From: Heteronotia binoei
Taxonomy: Eukaryota
Direction: 5' to 3'
Length of the DNA stretch: 64,000 nucleotides
Assembly: GCF_032191835.1 (NCBI RefSeq)
Contig: NC_083225.1
Location: forward strand, 71,610,001 to 71,674,000
Each line of letters begins with the position of its first letter. The first letter of the stretch is position 1. Made by a program: the position numbers and the translations under genes. Below the pieces are notes generated by a model. The model had not been told where the DNA came from. It saw only the letters and a program-made list of their open reading frames with translations, and made no database searches. Below are positions 25,880 through 36,520 of this stretch, piece after piece.

Positions 25880-26510
25880 GCCACCTAAATTTGTGTACAT
25901 GGATGGTGAAAGCCAGTGATGAGGGGATATGGGGGCTTAGCAGACATTATCAATCTGTCCCTTCATTCAGGGCTCTATCCAGGGGGATTAAAAGGGGCCA
26001 TGGTAATTCTGCTCTTAAAGAAACCATCTTTGGGTCCCGCTGATCCTTCCAATTACCACCCAGTCTCAAAACTTTTGTTTCTGGGCAAGGTGCTTGAAAG
26101 AATGGTGGTGGAGCAGCTCCACATTTTCCTGGAGGACATTCCATCCAGTTTCTGCCCCAACCATGGGATGCAGACAGCCCTCACAGATGATCTTCGCAGG
26201 CAGCTGGACCAAGACAGGTGGGCACTGCTGGTATTGCTTGACCTGACATCAGCATTCAACATGGTCAACCATGATCTGTTGACCCACTACTTCACTGACA
26301 TAGGAGTCTATGGGATGGCTTACCTCATTCTTGCATGGTTAGGGAGAGTGGTGCTAGGAGAGAAGCTGTCTCGTCAACACCACTTGATGTGTAGGATCAC
26401 TTATGGGCAATCTTCTCCCCAGTTTTGTTCAAGTTGAATACTGGATCTGGTTCAAGGTTTTGGTGTTAACCTTCAAGGCCCTAACCAGTCTGGGACCAAG
26501 GTATAAAGGC
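25880..26510 (+). mobile_element. L2-clade LINE RT fragment with internal deletion
   Basis: ORF 25916..26437: IINLSL..G..P..LK.AM..LLKKPSL...SNYHPVSKLLFLGKVLER...LVLLDLTSAFNMVNH. Confidence 0.85.
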
Positions 26511-26547
26511 TGCTACTATTGTATTGCTTATTATTTATGGTTTTATT

Positions 26548-27007
26548 CAGGGGTCATTTTGTAGCAAAATAGGTGGTGGAGCTCATTAGCATAACTCATT
26601 AGCATATGCTGCCCCCTCCCAGCCAAAAGCAACCCAATGCAAGAAAGGAGAGCCCCAGGTGAGCGAGGCCTGCTTGGGCTGGCTAGAGATCCAGCCAGCC
26701 CAAGTGAGCCTCACTCGCCTGGGGCTCTCCTGCCCCTGCCGCCGTCAAAAAGCCAGCAAGCCACCCACCGCCCAAAATCACATAAGAAGAGAAAGGGTGG
26801 CACAGGCTTCTCCAGGGATTAATTAGGGCTGCTAGGAGTGTGGCAAAGCCCCTGGTGGCTGGCTGGCTGCCCGCTCTCCTAATCCACAGATTGTTATGCA
26901 GCTGCGCCTACTATTCAATGGACAAGGTAGGTGGGGAGGAGGAGGGGAAGTTGCCAGAAAGGTTCAGGAGCTGTGCTCCTATGAGCTGCTGCTGGATCTG
27001 AGCTCTG
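26548..27007 (+). mobile_element. hAT MITE, CAGGGGTCATTTTG family
   Basis: Same left end as 22525. TSD gttttatt / gttttaat (7/8). Confidence 0.8.
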
Positions 27008-27592
27008 GTTTTAATTGTTTTTAACCTGATTGTAAATGTTTTATTGAAGTGTGGTTCACCATCCTGAGCCCTGTTCATAGAGGAGGATGGTCTAAAAGTC
27101 AAATAAATAAACAAGTTATGTCCTTGTTTTTCTGATTGTGTCCCCATGTTCCCCATCTCTAATAGCCCAATGTTTAATTAAATGTAGTCTAATCAAACAA
27201 AATGTACTTTTGTGTTTGTTGTCCATTGTATTTTTGGACTAGAGTTGAACTCTAATCATGTGCTACACTTTTGGATGTACTCAAGTTAGTTAATTGATGC
27301 CTAGGAATGTACTTGTTAAAAATGAGCAAGAAGTCTCTCAGCAGGGCTTAATGAACATCTTTTTATTAGACTCACCCATAATTGTCTTCTTTGTTGGCTG
27401 ACTTGGCAACTTGAAATGCTAACAACGAGATGATTCCTGTAAGCAGGTTGTCATTTTTGCTGGCAGTGGGGTTTTCTTTTAATTGTTTTTCATTTTAATA
27501 TATTTTATATGTGTTTTAAATCTTGTTTTATGTTTTATTGTTTGCTTGCTTGGGAATTCTCAACTAGTAGAAAGGTGGCTGAGAAATGTTTT

Positions 27593-27624
27593 GAATGAAT
27601 GAATGAATGAATGAATGAATGAAT
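27593..27624. repeat. (GAAT)8 microsatellite
   Basis: Read directly from the sequence. Confidence 0.95.
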
Positions 27625-28007
27625 AATATTTTGATGAAATTCTAGAGCAACTGTATGCTTTGGACAATTATACTTCTCTTGTAATTCCCACATTTTAAGG
27701 CATATTTTAAAAATAATCATGTTGTAAACCTAAACACCCTTCTAAGCTCATTGAATAACATGGACTTAAAAGAACATAACTCTGTTTAGGACAGAACTGT
27801 CAAAATATTGCCTGATCGCTTTATGCTGTGATCCATGTTTGCAGCTGACTTATCAGCCAGTATTCCCTAAACAGAGGCAACGTTATCCAGGTAGGGCTAC
27901 AACACTGGCTTTTATAGGGAGGCTGCTGTTGAACAGTAGTAAGCAACCAGGCCTACTTGACTCATGCAAGATGGGTAGTATCAAACCAATCAGAGGTTGC
28001 TGCCAGC

Positions 28008-28216
28008 TACAGTTGCCAACCTCCAGGTGCAACCTGGAGATCTCCCAGAGTTACAGCTGAAGTCCAGACAACAGATATCTGTACCCCTGGAGAAAATGCC
28101 TGTGGAATGTATGGCATTATATCCAGCTGAGGCCTCTCTCCTCTCTAAGCCCTGTCATCCTCAAACTCTACCACATAATCTCCAGGAATTTTTCCAACCT
28201 AGAGCTGGCAACCCTA
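28008..28216 (-). mobile_element. Short (~210 bp) old hAT-like MITE
   Basis: Ends resemble TAGGGTTGCCA / TGGCAACCCTA. Body is the reverse complement of 39844-40063. Confidence 0.7.
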
Positions 28217-28991
28217 GCCAGGCCTGGTCCCCAGGATTAGACGTCCCTCAAAGTTGTCACAAAACAGACCTGCTAAGGGGCATGCCTTCTCCCTCTGCTA
28301 ACAGAACCCAGCTTAAAATACTGTGGTTGCCTAGCAATATTCACTGAAGGAATTCATTGCTTAAAGATACAGATGTTCCTTTTACACCCACACACACCAC
28401 CCCATGTATTTTTTAAAAAAAGATTTCATATTTTTCTGCAAACCTGGGACCCTTTTCAGGTTTATAGAAAGATCTGTCTTGTCTATTCATGGCTCCAGTC
28501 ATTGGATTTAGGTATCAAAAAATGTCTTCCTCAAGGTAAGGATACAATATTATCTGAGTTTTGGACTAAAATTTTGCATTACATATGTAATTATTTTTAT
28601 TTTGCACACTGCCTTGAGTGACTTCACCAGAGTACAAAGATTTAAACTTAACTTTTCATTTTTGTTAGATCCCAGGTATTTCAGGGATGGAGTAGCAGAG
28701 GCCCTTTCCCTATGGAATAGGGCGGATTCCAAAATATTGTGTGGGGGCAGTTTTCTGATCAGACTTGAGACATAATGTTGATATTCCCTACCTTGATTTC
28801 TGTTGATACTTACCTTGATTGTATAAGGTTTTGTTTTTATGAATCTTACTGTCAAAATTTATTCCACATTCCAGAATATTTTAATATTTTTCTTTCCATC
28901 TTTTTTTTTTCCTTTGTGGAGTGATATGTATGTAGAATGTGTTTAATAAACTTTTTTTTTAATGGGGGGAAAGGTTTAAATTTAACTATTC

Positions 28992-29714
28992 TAGACTTGC
29001 CAGCTCTGAGCTGTGAAATTCTGGGAGATTTGGGGACAGAGCCAAGGGAGCACAGAGTTTTGGGATGGGAGTAGGGTTGCCAAGTCCAATTCAAGAAATA
29101 TCTGGGGACTTTGGGGGTGGAGCCAGGAGACTTTGGGGGTGGAGCCAGGAACAAGGGTGTGACAAGCATCATTGAACTCCAAAGGGAGTTCTGGCCATCA
29201 CATTTAAAGGGACTGCACACCTTTTTAAATGCCTTCCTTCCATAGGAAATAATGAAGGATAGGGGCACCTTCTTTTGGGGCTCATAGAATCGGACCCCTT
29301 AGTCCAATCTTTTTGAAACTTGGGAGGTATTTTGGGGAGAGGCACTAAATGCTATACTGAAAATGTGGTGCCTCTATCTCAAAAAACAGCCCCCCCCCCA
29401 GAGCCCCCGATACCCACAGATCAATTCCCCATCATTCCCTATGGGAATCATTCATGGACGTGCATGATAGCTGTGGGGGCGGGGCTTCCCCCACCGGCCA
29501 GCTGGCTGGCGGAGGGGGGAAGCCTGTAAAAGCGGGGGATCCCCCTCTGGGACCTGGGGATTGGGAAGCCTAGATGGGAGGAAGCTTAGCAGGGATCTGA
29601 TGGAATCCAGTCTCCCAAGCTGCTGTTTTATTTGGGGGAATTGATCTCTGTAGTCTATAGATCAACTGCAATCCCAAGAGAACTCCAGCCTCTGCCTGGA
29701 GGTTGGCAACCCTA
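28992..29714 (+). mobile_element. Short old hAT-like MITE split by a younger MITE
   Basis: Begins tagacttgccag and ends ggttggcaacccta. The two halves join into the ~220-bp family seen at 39844. Confidence 0.7.
29072..29572 (+). mobile_element. Non-autonomous hAT element, TAGGGTTGCCAA family (variant right end)
   Basis: TIRs tagggttgccaa / ttgggaagccta. Perfect TSD GATGGGAG (29064-29071, 29573-29580). Confidence 0.9.
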
Positions 29715-30990
29715 ATAATTTCTCTCTTATTTGGAAGGAAGGTATATTGTATAAAAGGCAGAATACTTTGTTACTAATACCCTATTAGCTGCAGAACAAG
29801 TGACAATAAATACTTTCCTGTGTAGAATGTGGCCTTGTTATCCACTGTAGTCCAATAAAGTTGAAAGAGTTCTGACATGGAAGTGACCTTGCTGAAATTC
29901 TTTCACAACCTCTGCTTCAGGGAAAGCCTGTTTTGTTCCCTTGTTCCTTGTTTGTGCCAACATTTGTATTTGATCTCTCGCTAGTTGTCACTAGTAAGCC
30001 AGGACCTGAAAGAAGTTGCTTTCTGTCCCTCTGAGTGATCAGAGTTTCTTCATAGAGTTATGTGGGTTTTTTGGCTCTGTTACATAACAAAGCAGAAACC
30101 TGCCACTTAACAAGATGGCTTCAAAGTTCTCAAGGAAGGAAGAATGATGGGAAGGGATTGTGCCATCCATTTGAGGGCTGCAAAGAATGCAGAAAGAATG
30201 CTTCAGTTTTGTACGCGCACAGACCAGAAAATCTTGGTGACTCTCATGCCTTCTTGGCCTTGGGAATTTTGCTGATGAGTGTGCTCCTGTCATTTCCAAT
30301 TTTGCTTACTAAGCTGCTTCCCTAGACAGATTGCTTCTGCTGGTATCAGAAGCAGACAGAGGGGGCAGATATCGCAGCACACGTGTTGTTGATTCCTTCA
30401 GACATATATTAATAGAGAAGCATGTTGTAATTGTTTTACAGCACATAGATGGATGAGTTGCTAAGGGAGTTGTCCTTCACAGAATCCAAGATGTTTTCAA
30501 GATGGGAGATCACCTGGCATGTGAATGAACCTAAGCAGATATGTATTGCACACAATAAATGTTACTCGTGCAGACAGAATGGCATTTTGATCACAAATTC
30601 TCACTGGAAGGTTAGGAAGGCAAATCCATTAGTGAACCAGTCTGCACCTTCAGGCTTGAACTCCCCTCCTTTTTCCACTCAGCACTGTGAAAGTGATTCA
30701 GGACTCCCAGCCTGAAACCCCTTCCACTCTGGAAAAAAACCCAGATGGGTCAGTGGGGAAAAGGAAATTGCCCGGTAGTGCAGCTTTCTAGGAACAAGGT
30801 GTGAGTACTCCTGAGACAAGTGTTATTTGCAAGCAATGCCTTTCAAAGGTTTAAGATGCATGGCATGTCAATCTTGAAAACAAACAAGAGATAATCTGAT
30901 GTAATTATGGGACATTTGGGCTGTCAGGGTAGGAATGTCATCAGCAAAATAAAAAACACTAATCATCCCAACTGATGTGATGACCATTTT

Positions 30991-31207
30991 GAACATATGA
31001 ACATATGAAGCTGCCTTATACTGAATCAGACCCTTAGTCCATCAAAGTCAGTATTGTCTTCTCAGACTGGCAGCGGCTCTCCAGGGTCTCAAGCTGAGGT
31101 TTTTCACACCTATTTGCCTGGACCCTTTTTTGGAGATGCCAGGGATTGAACCTGGGACCTTCTGCTTCCCAAGCAGATGCTCTACCACTGAGCTACCGTC
31201 TCTCCCC
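30991..31207 (-). mobile_element. tRNA-derived SINE (Squam3-like)
   Basis: Minus strand gtagctcagtggtagagc (A box) ... ggttcaatccc (B box), body ccctggagagccgctgccagtc, tail ending ttcatatg. Confidence 0.85.
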
Positions 31208-31289
31208 TAAACACTAAACACATTTAAACACTAATTTTTCAATAGACTTTGGCTAGTGTCTTAGTATTGTGTGAGTAAAATGCTGTTAT

Positions 31290-31450
31290 ATGTTAACCAA
31301 CTTGTGACAACTCCAGCAATGGACTTCCAAGGCAAGTGAGAAGCAGAGGTGGTTTGCCATTGCCTTCCTTGGTGGTCTTGCTTCCAAGGATGGACCCAGC
31401 TTAGCTTCTGTGATCTGACAAGATTGGGCTGCGTTATGCTGCCTTTCCTC
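31290..31450 (-). mobile_element. 5S rRNA-derived SINE with Sauria-like tail
   Basis: Minus strand gcccaatcttgtcagatcacagaagctaagctgggtc resembles 5S rRNA, followed by ggcaatggcaaaccacc as in Sauria SINEs. Confidence 0.6.
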
Positions 31451-33089
31451 CCATCCTTAGTATTACATGTGGGGAACAGACATTTGACATCCTGAAACTG
31501 TCTAGGCAACTAGAAAGGTGCAGTGTGTGCTTTGGTTTACAGGGCAAAGCATTAAGTATGGAACAAGTGGGGTCCCTCAAGGCACTTGCAGGGATGGGAC
31601 ATCCCATTTCCCCTGCCTTCACTTCCTCCCTTCTCCCCCATCCCTTCTCTGCTATTTCCCCTTCTTTATCACTCATCCCGTCTTTCCTTCTCCCCTAGCC
31701 CTCCTCTGTCACTCAGGCCCTCTCACTTTCTCTCTTTCCCCATCCCACCTGTCAATCTTTCCCCCTACCCTTTTTTATCAACTTCCCCCCCACACACTCC
31801 CTGGGCTGCTCTCGTGGCTCAGGCTGATCCTTCTGCTCTTGCGCACCTCCAGCACTGCCATCTCAGTGCCAGGAGGCAGAGCAATGACACCCATGCTCCC
31901 TTCCAAGCTCACTTCTAGGGCTGTTGTCTTGGTTCTAGAAGGCAGCAGCAACTCCCACATCCCCTTCCCCACCTGCCTCCAACTTTGCTGCATTGTCAGG
32001 AAACAAGTGAAGGAGTCCCACTGCCTCAGCAGCAGGGAGAGCTGAAGAATCCCACACCACCTTCCCAACCATCCCAGTTTTTTGCTGCCTTGGCAGAGGA
32101 AGCAGTCCAGTGGGCCCTGTACCTCCTCCACTGCACACCTCCAGTTTTGGCACTACTGATGGAAGAGGAAGCATTACTTCCTCAACACATTCTATTGCCT
32201 AGCACATTCTACATCTCTTCCCTGCGCCTTTCCAGTTTTGCCAGTTTACCAGATGAGGACAGCAGAAAACAGTGGCTTTTACTACTTGCATTTTTCCTGA
32301 ATCTGAAGAATACTTGTGTGTGCTTATTCTGGGTGGAACAAAGTTCTGGAACCACTTCATGGAATCAAAATTCTAAAAAAAAAAAAACTGAAAGTTCATG
32401 AGGGGCACCTGTGTTTCTCCTTCATTTCCCTCCAGAGTTCTGGCACCTCTTTCCAGAGAAAAAAGCCTGTTTTGATTTTTTAAGTAACTCCTTCAGGTTT
32501 GTAGAAAAATCTCTTTTCTCTCTTCATGTTCCCATCATTAAAAAAAAAAAAAAATCTTCCTCTTTTTTCCTTTTGTCATCAACTCACAACTGATTTTTGG
32601 CAACCTCATAAGGTTTTTAAGACAAAAGATATTCAGAAGTGGTTTGCTATTGCCTGCCTCCACATTGACCGTGCTTAACTTCTGAGATCTGGGAGGGGGG
32701 CACAGAAAAATTAGGTGAAGGAAGACAAAAATGAATGAGAAATGTGTGGGAACCGTGTGGCAAAGAGGGAGAAAAACTGAGAGGGAAAGATTGTTATATT
32801 TTGCTGCAAGACCCTAAGTACTGCTTCACAAGATCTGGCTGAGCTGGGTGACCTATTAATTAAGGGGAGGATCATGTCTGCTGTATTTATGCATGATGTT
32901 TCTGATTTATTATAGTTTTTTAGGTTCTAATTATCAAATGACGCCAACAGAGCTGGCCTTAGACTATCTGGCACCCTAGGCACGGCTAACTTCTGGCACA
33001 CACACACACACTCCACACTGATAACCAATTTTCAAAAACAGATGAATTGTGAGGAAATGAAAAGCACAAAACTTGAAATTGCTCCCTGA

Positions 33090-33230
33090 CCTTGATAGCT
33101 CAGGCAAGCCTGATCTTGTCATATCTCGGAAGCTGAGCAGGGCCAACTCTGGCAAGTATTTGGATGGGAGGCCTTCTTGAAATAGCAGAGTTGGGAGGGC
33201 AGGCTCTATTCAGCCACCTCTGAACAATGA
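33090..33230 (+). mobile_element. 5S rRNA-derived SINE fragment
   Basis: gcctgatcttgtcatatctcggaagctgagcagggcc...agtatttggatgggagg aligns with the internal 5S rRNA region, but the true 5S ends are missing. Confidence 0.65.
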
Positions 33231-34204
33231 CACCAAGCACTTGACACTGGTAAGAGCATTTCCCACAAATTAAAACAACAACAACAACACAGCCTGCAGA
33301 TGCGGGGGATTTGCAATTATATCATCTGTGATAAAACCTGCCTTCTTTTCAGTGACATCAAATATAGCCATAAAACCAACAAGGCACAGAGCAAACGGCA
33401 CACAAACACATGTGCAGACCTTAGATTGATCCAACGATAGATTCAAAGGCAAGAACTATGGTGAAAAGAAAAAATTGAGACGGTATCTTACCAGGGACAA
33501 TATATTCTCTAAAATAACATGTTCCCAGCATGACCTCTAGAGCTAAGAGATAGCAACACATAAGTGTGCAATCCTATGCACACTTCCCAGAGTGTAACCC
33601 CTCTTGATCTTGCACTTCTGAACAGAGCAAACATCTTTAAACAATCTCCACCCTTTCTCTTTTTCATCTTTACTCTTTCTCTTTCTTCCTCAGCCTTTTT
33701 GTCTCTGTTCTTAGATCTCTTCCTCTTCCCTTCTTGCTTATTACTACATCAAGTTGAGATGTCATTCAGCACCCCAGCAGAGGATTTACCTGCAAAAGCA
33801 TTGAAGGGAAAGGTGCTGGGCTGAGGCCAAAACACCAGGGGCAAAGAAGTGAGAATAAGATGATCTCTGCCTTCTGTCTTGTACCCCATCCCATTTTCCC
33901 TCTGGGCAGCCTGATCTGGGGCCTCATCAGAGGCTGAGGGAGCTGAGAAGGGTGCTGGGGCAGGAGCCGGGGGCCGCGGTCACACTCACCATTAAATCCA
34001 TCCCTAACCCATCGCTATTATACCCCGCAGCTTTTTTACAACGAATTTCCTGATCAGACATCCCTCCATCCTTCAGCATTGATCCCGTCATTGGTTGATC
34101 AGAGGTCTCAACCGGACCTCATTTTTTGAGATGGCATTCCACACTCGCACAAGCGCAGTACCGTGGGAAATCGTGCTTGGCTTTTTTTTTTAAAGGTGTC
34201 AGAA

Positions 34205-34700
34205 AAGGTGGGCCATCTGCCCACCCCCCATTTAAATACCTGGAAAGGAAGGGGAAGCCCAGGAGTTCTCTTTGCTGTCTTGCCGCCTGGCGGGGAGACA
34301 GCAAAGGTGGGTCATCTCCCCCCCCCCCATTTAAACACCCCACCATGGTGTTTAAATGGGGGGGAGCACAGCAACTCTCTTTGCTGTCTCTCCAACTGGC
34401 AGGGAGACAGCAAAGGTGGGTGATCTTCCTCCCCCCCATTTAAACACCCCGACGTGATTTTAAAAGGGGGGGAGCACAGCAACTCTCTTTGCTATCTCTC
34501 TGCCTGGCGGGGAGACAGCAAAGGTAGGGGATCTTCCTCCCCCCCCCTCCATTTAAACACCCCTCCATGGTGTTTCAATGGGGGGGAGCACGGCAACTCT
34601 CTTTGCTGTCTCTTCGCCTGGCAGGGAGATGGCAAAGGTTGGGCATCTTCCTTCCCTGGCAGGGAGACAGCAAAGGTGGGCAATCTACCTCCCGCCCCAT
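34205..34700. repeat. Tandem array of ~108-114-bp units, each carrying two inverted repeats
   Basis: Unit starts (ctctttgct) at 34268, 34377, 34485 and 34599, plus partial units. Confidence 0.85.
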
Positions 34701-34705
34701 TGAGG

Positions 34706-34893
34706 AAAGGTCCCCTGTGCAAGCACCAGTTGTTTTCGACTCTGGGGTGATGCTGCTTTCACAAAGTTTTCATGGCAGACCTTTTACGGGGTGGTTTGCC
34801 ATTCCCTTCCCTGGTCATTACACTCCCCCCCCCCCCCCGCCAGCAAGCTGGGTACATATTTTACCGACCTCAGAAGGTTGGAAGGCTGAGTCA
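34706..34893 (-). mobile_element. Sauria SINE 3' part
   Basis: Reverse complement of the 3' two-thirds of the copy at 36151. Confidence 0.85.
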
Positions 34894-35652
34894 ACAATTG
34901 CTGGTGGAATGATATCATTTGGAGTGGGCTCTCGCAGGGAAGCGGATGTGCGCTTGCGACGAGTCGGCTACAATAGAGCGTTCAAACAGAAAGTACGCGT
35001 GGGAGTCATCGGAAGCATTCTTATTCCGGATTTAATGTACTATCACAAAAGTCCGCATCTCAGTCGTGGCAGTTCGGGACACGAATGAGCCAACGACCAT
35101 TGCCAGATGCTGATGTTTGGACAACCACATAAAATCCAACATGCATCTGACTTTCATCCATGCCCATCTCGTCAGTTTATGTGCATCTGACCTCGGCCGG
35201 GGTGTGGCAGCGATGGACTGGGGCAAAGCCAGAGGGTGCTGACCAGTGGCCCTGGAGCCCACTGGCCTTCATGCTGCTGCTGTTCAGCCTGGGGTGGGGT
35301 AGGGGACTGTTAAGCAGTGTGTTCAGATGCTAGAGTGATTTCAGCATAGCTCTTTATTTAGCAAGAACACACTCTGAAAACACATGCAACAAGCTGCAGC
35401 TATATACTCACAAATGCCACCTAAAACATACCTCCAGCAATAAACAGCCCAACAGAGAAACAGGCACTTGGATCCTTTATTTGCATGGGCATCATTCAAA
35501 TGGATATTACCTAATCAGCTGCCTCAGCAATGGGCTTCATTCAAATGGATATTTCCTGATTGGCTGGCTTTGCAAGAGTGGCCAATCTGAGTGCAGCTAT
35601 CAGGATCCTCTCAAATAAAGGGTCTTTGCTTGAATCTCCTGATACACTGCAG

Positions 35653-36012
35653 CAGGGGGTGGCCAAACTTGCTTAACATAAGAGCCACATAGAATAAATG
35701 CCAGATGTCTGAGAGCAACAAAACATGAATGTCAGATGTCTGAGAGCTGCAAGACATAACATCAGATGTTTGAGAGCCGCAAGACAGGGAAGGAGGGAGA
35801 GAAGCAAATAGATGGTGCAGGAGAGGTAGAAAGAAAGCAACTTTAACTTTAAATGCATTCTCCAAGCTGCCAGCTGGCTTGGCTTGGACAATGATTTAAA
35901 GAGACAAATGCCTTCCCCAAGCTGGCCGATGGGGCAGTGGGGGCTTCAAGTGCCACACAATATGTGTGAAAGAGCCACATGTGGCTCCCAAGCCACAGTT
36001 TAGCCACCCCTG
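35653..36012. mobile_element. hAT MITE with an internal ~30-bp tandem repeat
   Basis: Ends cagggggtggccaa / ttagccacccctg. TSD cactgcag / cactatag (6/8). Internal cagatgt(c/t)tgagagc occurs three times. Confidence 0.8.
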
Positions 36013-36120
36013 CACTATAGGGACAAGGAAAAAGAGAAGGGATCTTTGCTGCTGTTATGGAGCAGAAGTAACGAGGAGGGGGGGAGGGTTAACTTACAAT
36101 TTTTATTTTTTTTGTAGAAC

Positions 36121-36520
36121 AGAGTTAGAGTCCAGTAGCATCTTTAAGAAAGAGCCCTGTGGTGCAAAGTGGTAAAGCTGCAGTACTGCAGTCTGAACTC
36201 TCTGCTCATGATCTGAGTTCGATCCCAGCGGAACCTGGTTCAGGTAGCCGGCTCAGGTTGACTCAGCCTTCCATCCTTCCGAGGTCGGTAAAATGAATAC
36301 CCAGCTTGCTGGGGGGAAAGTGTAGATGACTGGGGAAGGCAATGGCAAACCACCCCGTAAAAAGTCTGCCATGAAAACATTGTGAAAGCAACATCACCCC
36401 AGAGTCAGAAACGACTGGTGCTTGCACAGGGCACTACCTTTACTTTTCTTTTAGCATTTTTAAGACCAACAAAGTTTTATTCTCATTGGTCTTAAAGATG
36501 CCACTGGACTCTCTTTGTTC
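36121..36520. repeat. Penelope-like palindromic relic interrupted by the Sauria SINE
   Basis: agagtccagtagcatctttaaga...ccaa on the left is the reverse complement of ttggtcttaaagatgccactggactct on the right. Confidence 0.5.
36151..36446 (+). mobile_element. Sauria SINE (Squam1-like), full length
   Basis: tRNA-like head (gtggtgcaaagtgg; gagttcgatccc), body ggttgactcagccttccatcc, tail gtgcttgcacagggcactacctttac. Confidence 0.9.

Noticed and set aside
30991-31207. tRNA gene
   Set aside because: The tRNA-like head runs into a SINE body and tail, with no complete cloverleaf or terminator. The same holds for the Sauria SINE heads.
33090-33230. 5S rRNA gene
   Set aside because: Only the internal part matches, with many substitutions and non-5S flanks, so it is a SINE or pseudogene relic.
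35300-35625. Possible solo LTR (purine tract then tgt; AATAAA, TATA and CCAAT-like motifs)
   Set aside because: Orientation cues conflict, and no TSD or matching end could be fixed.
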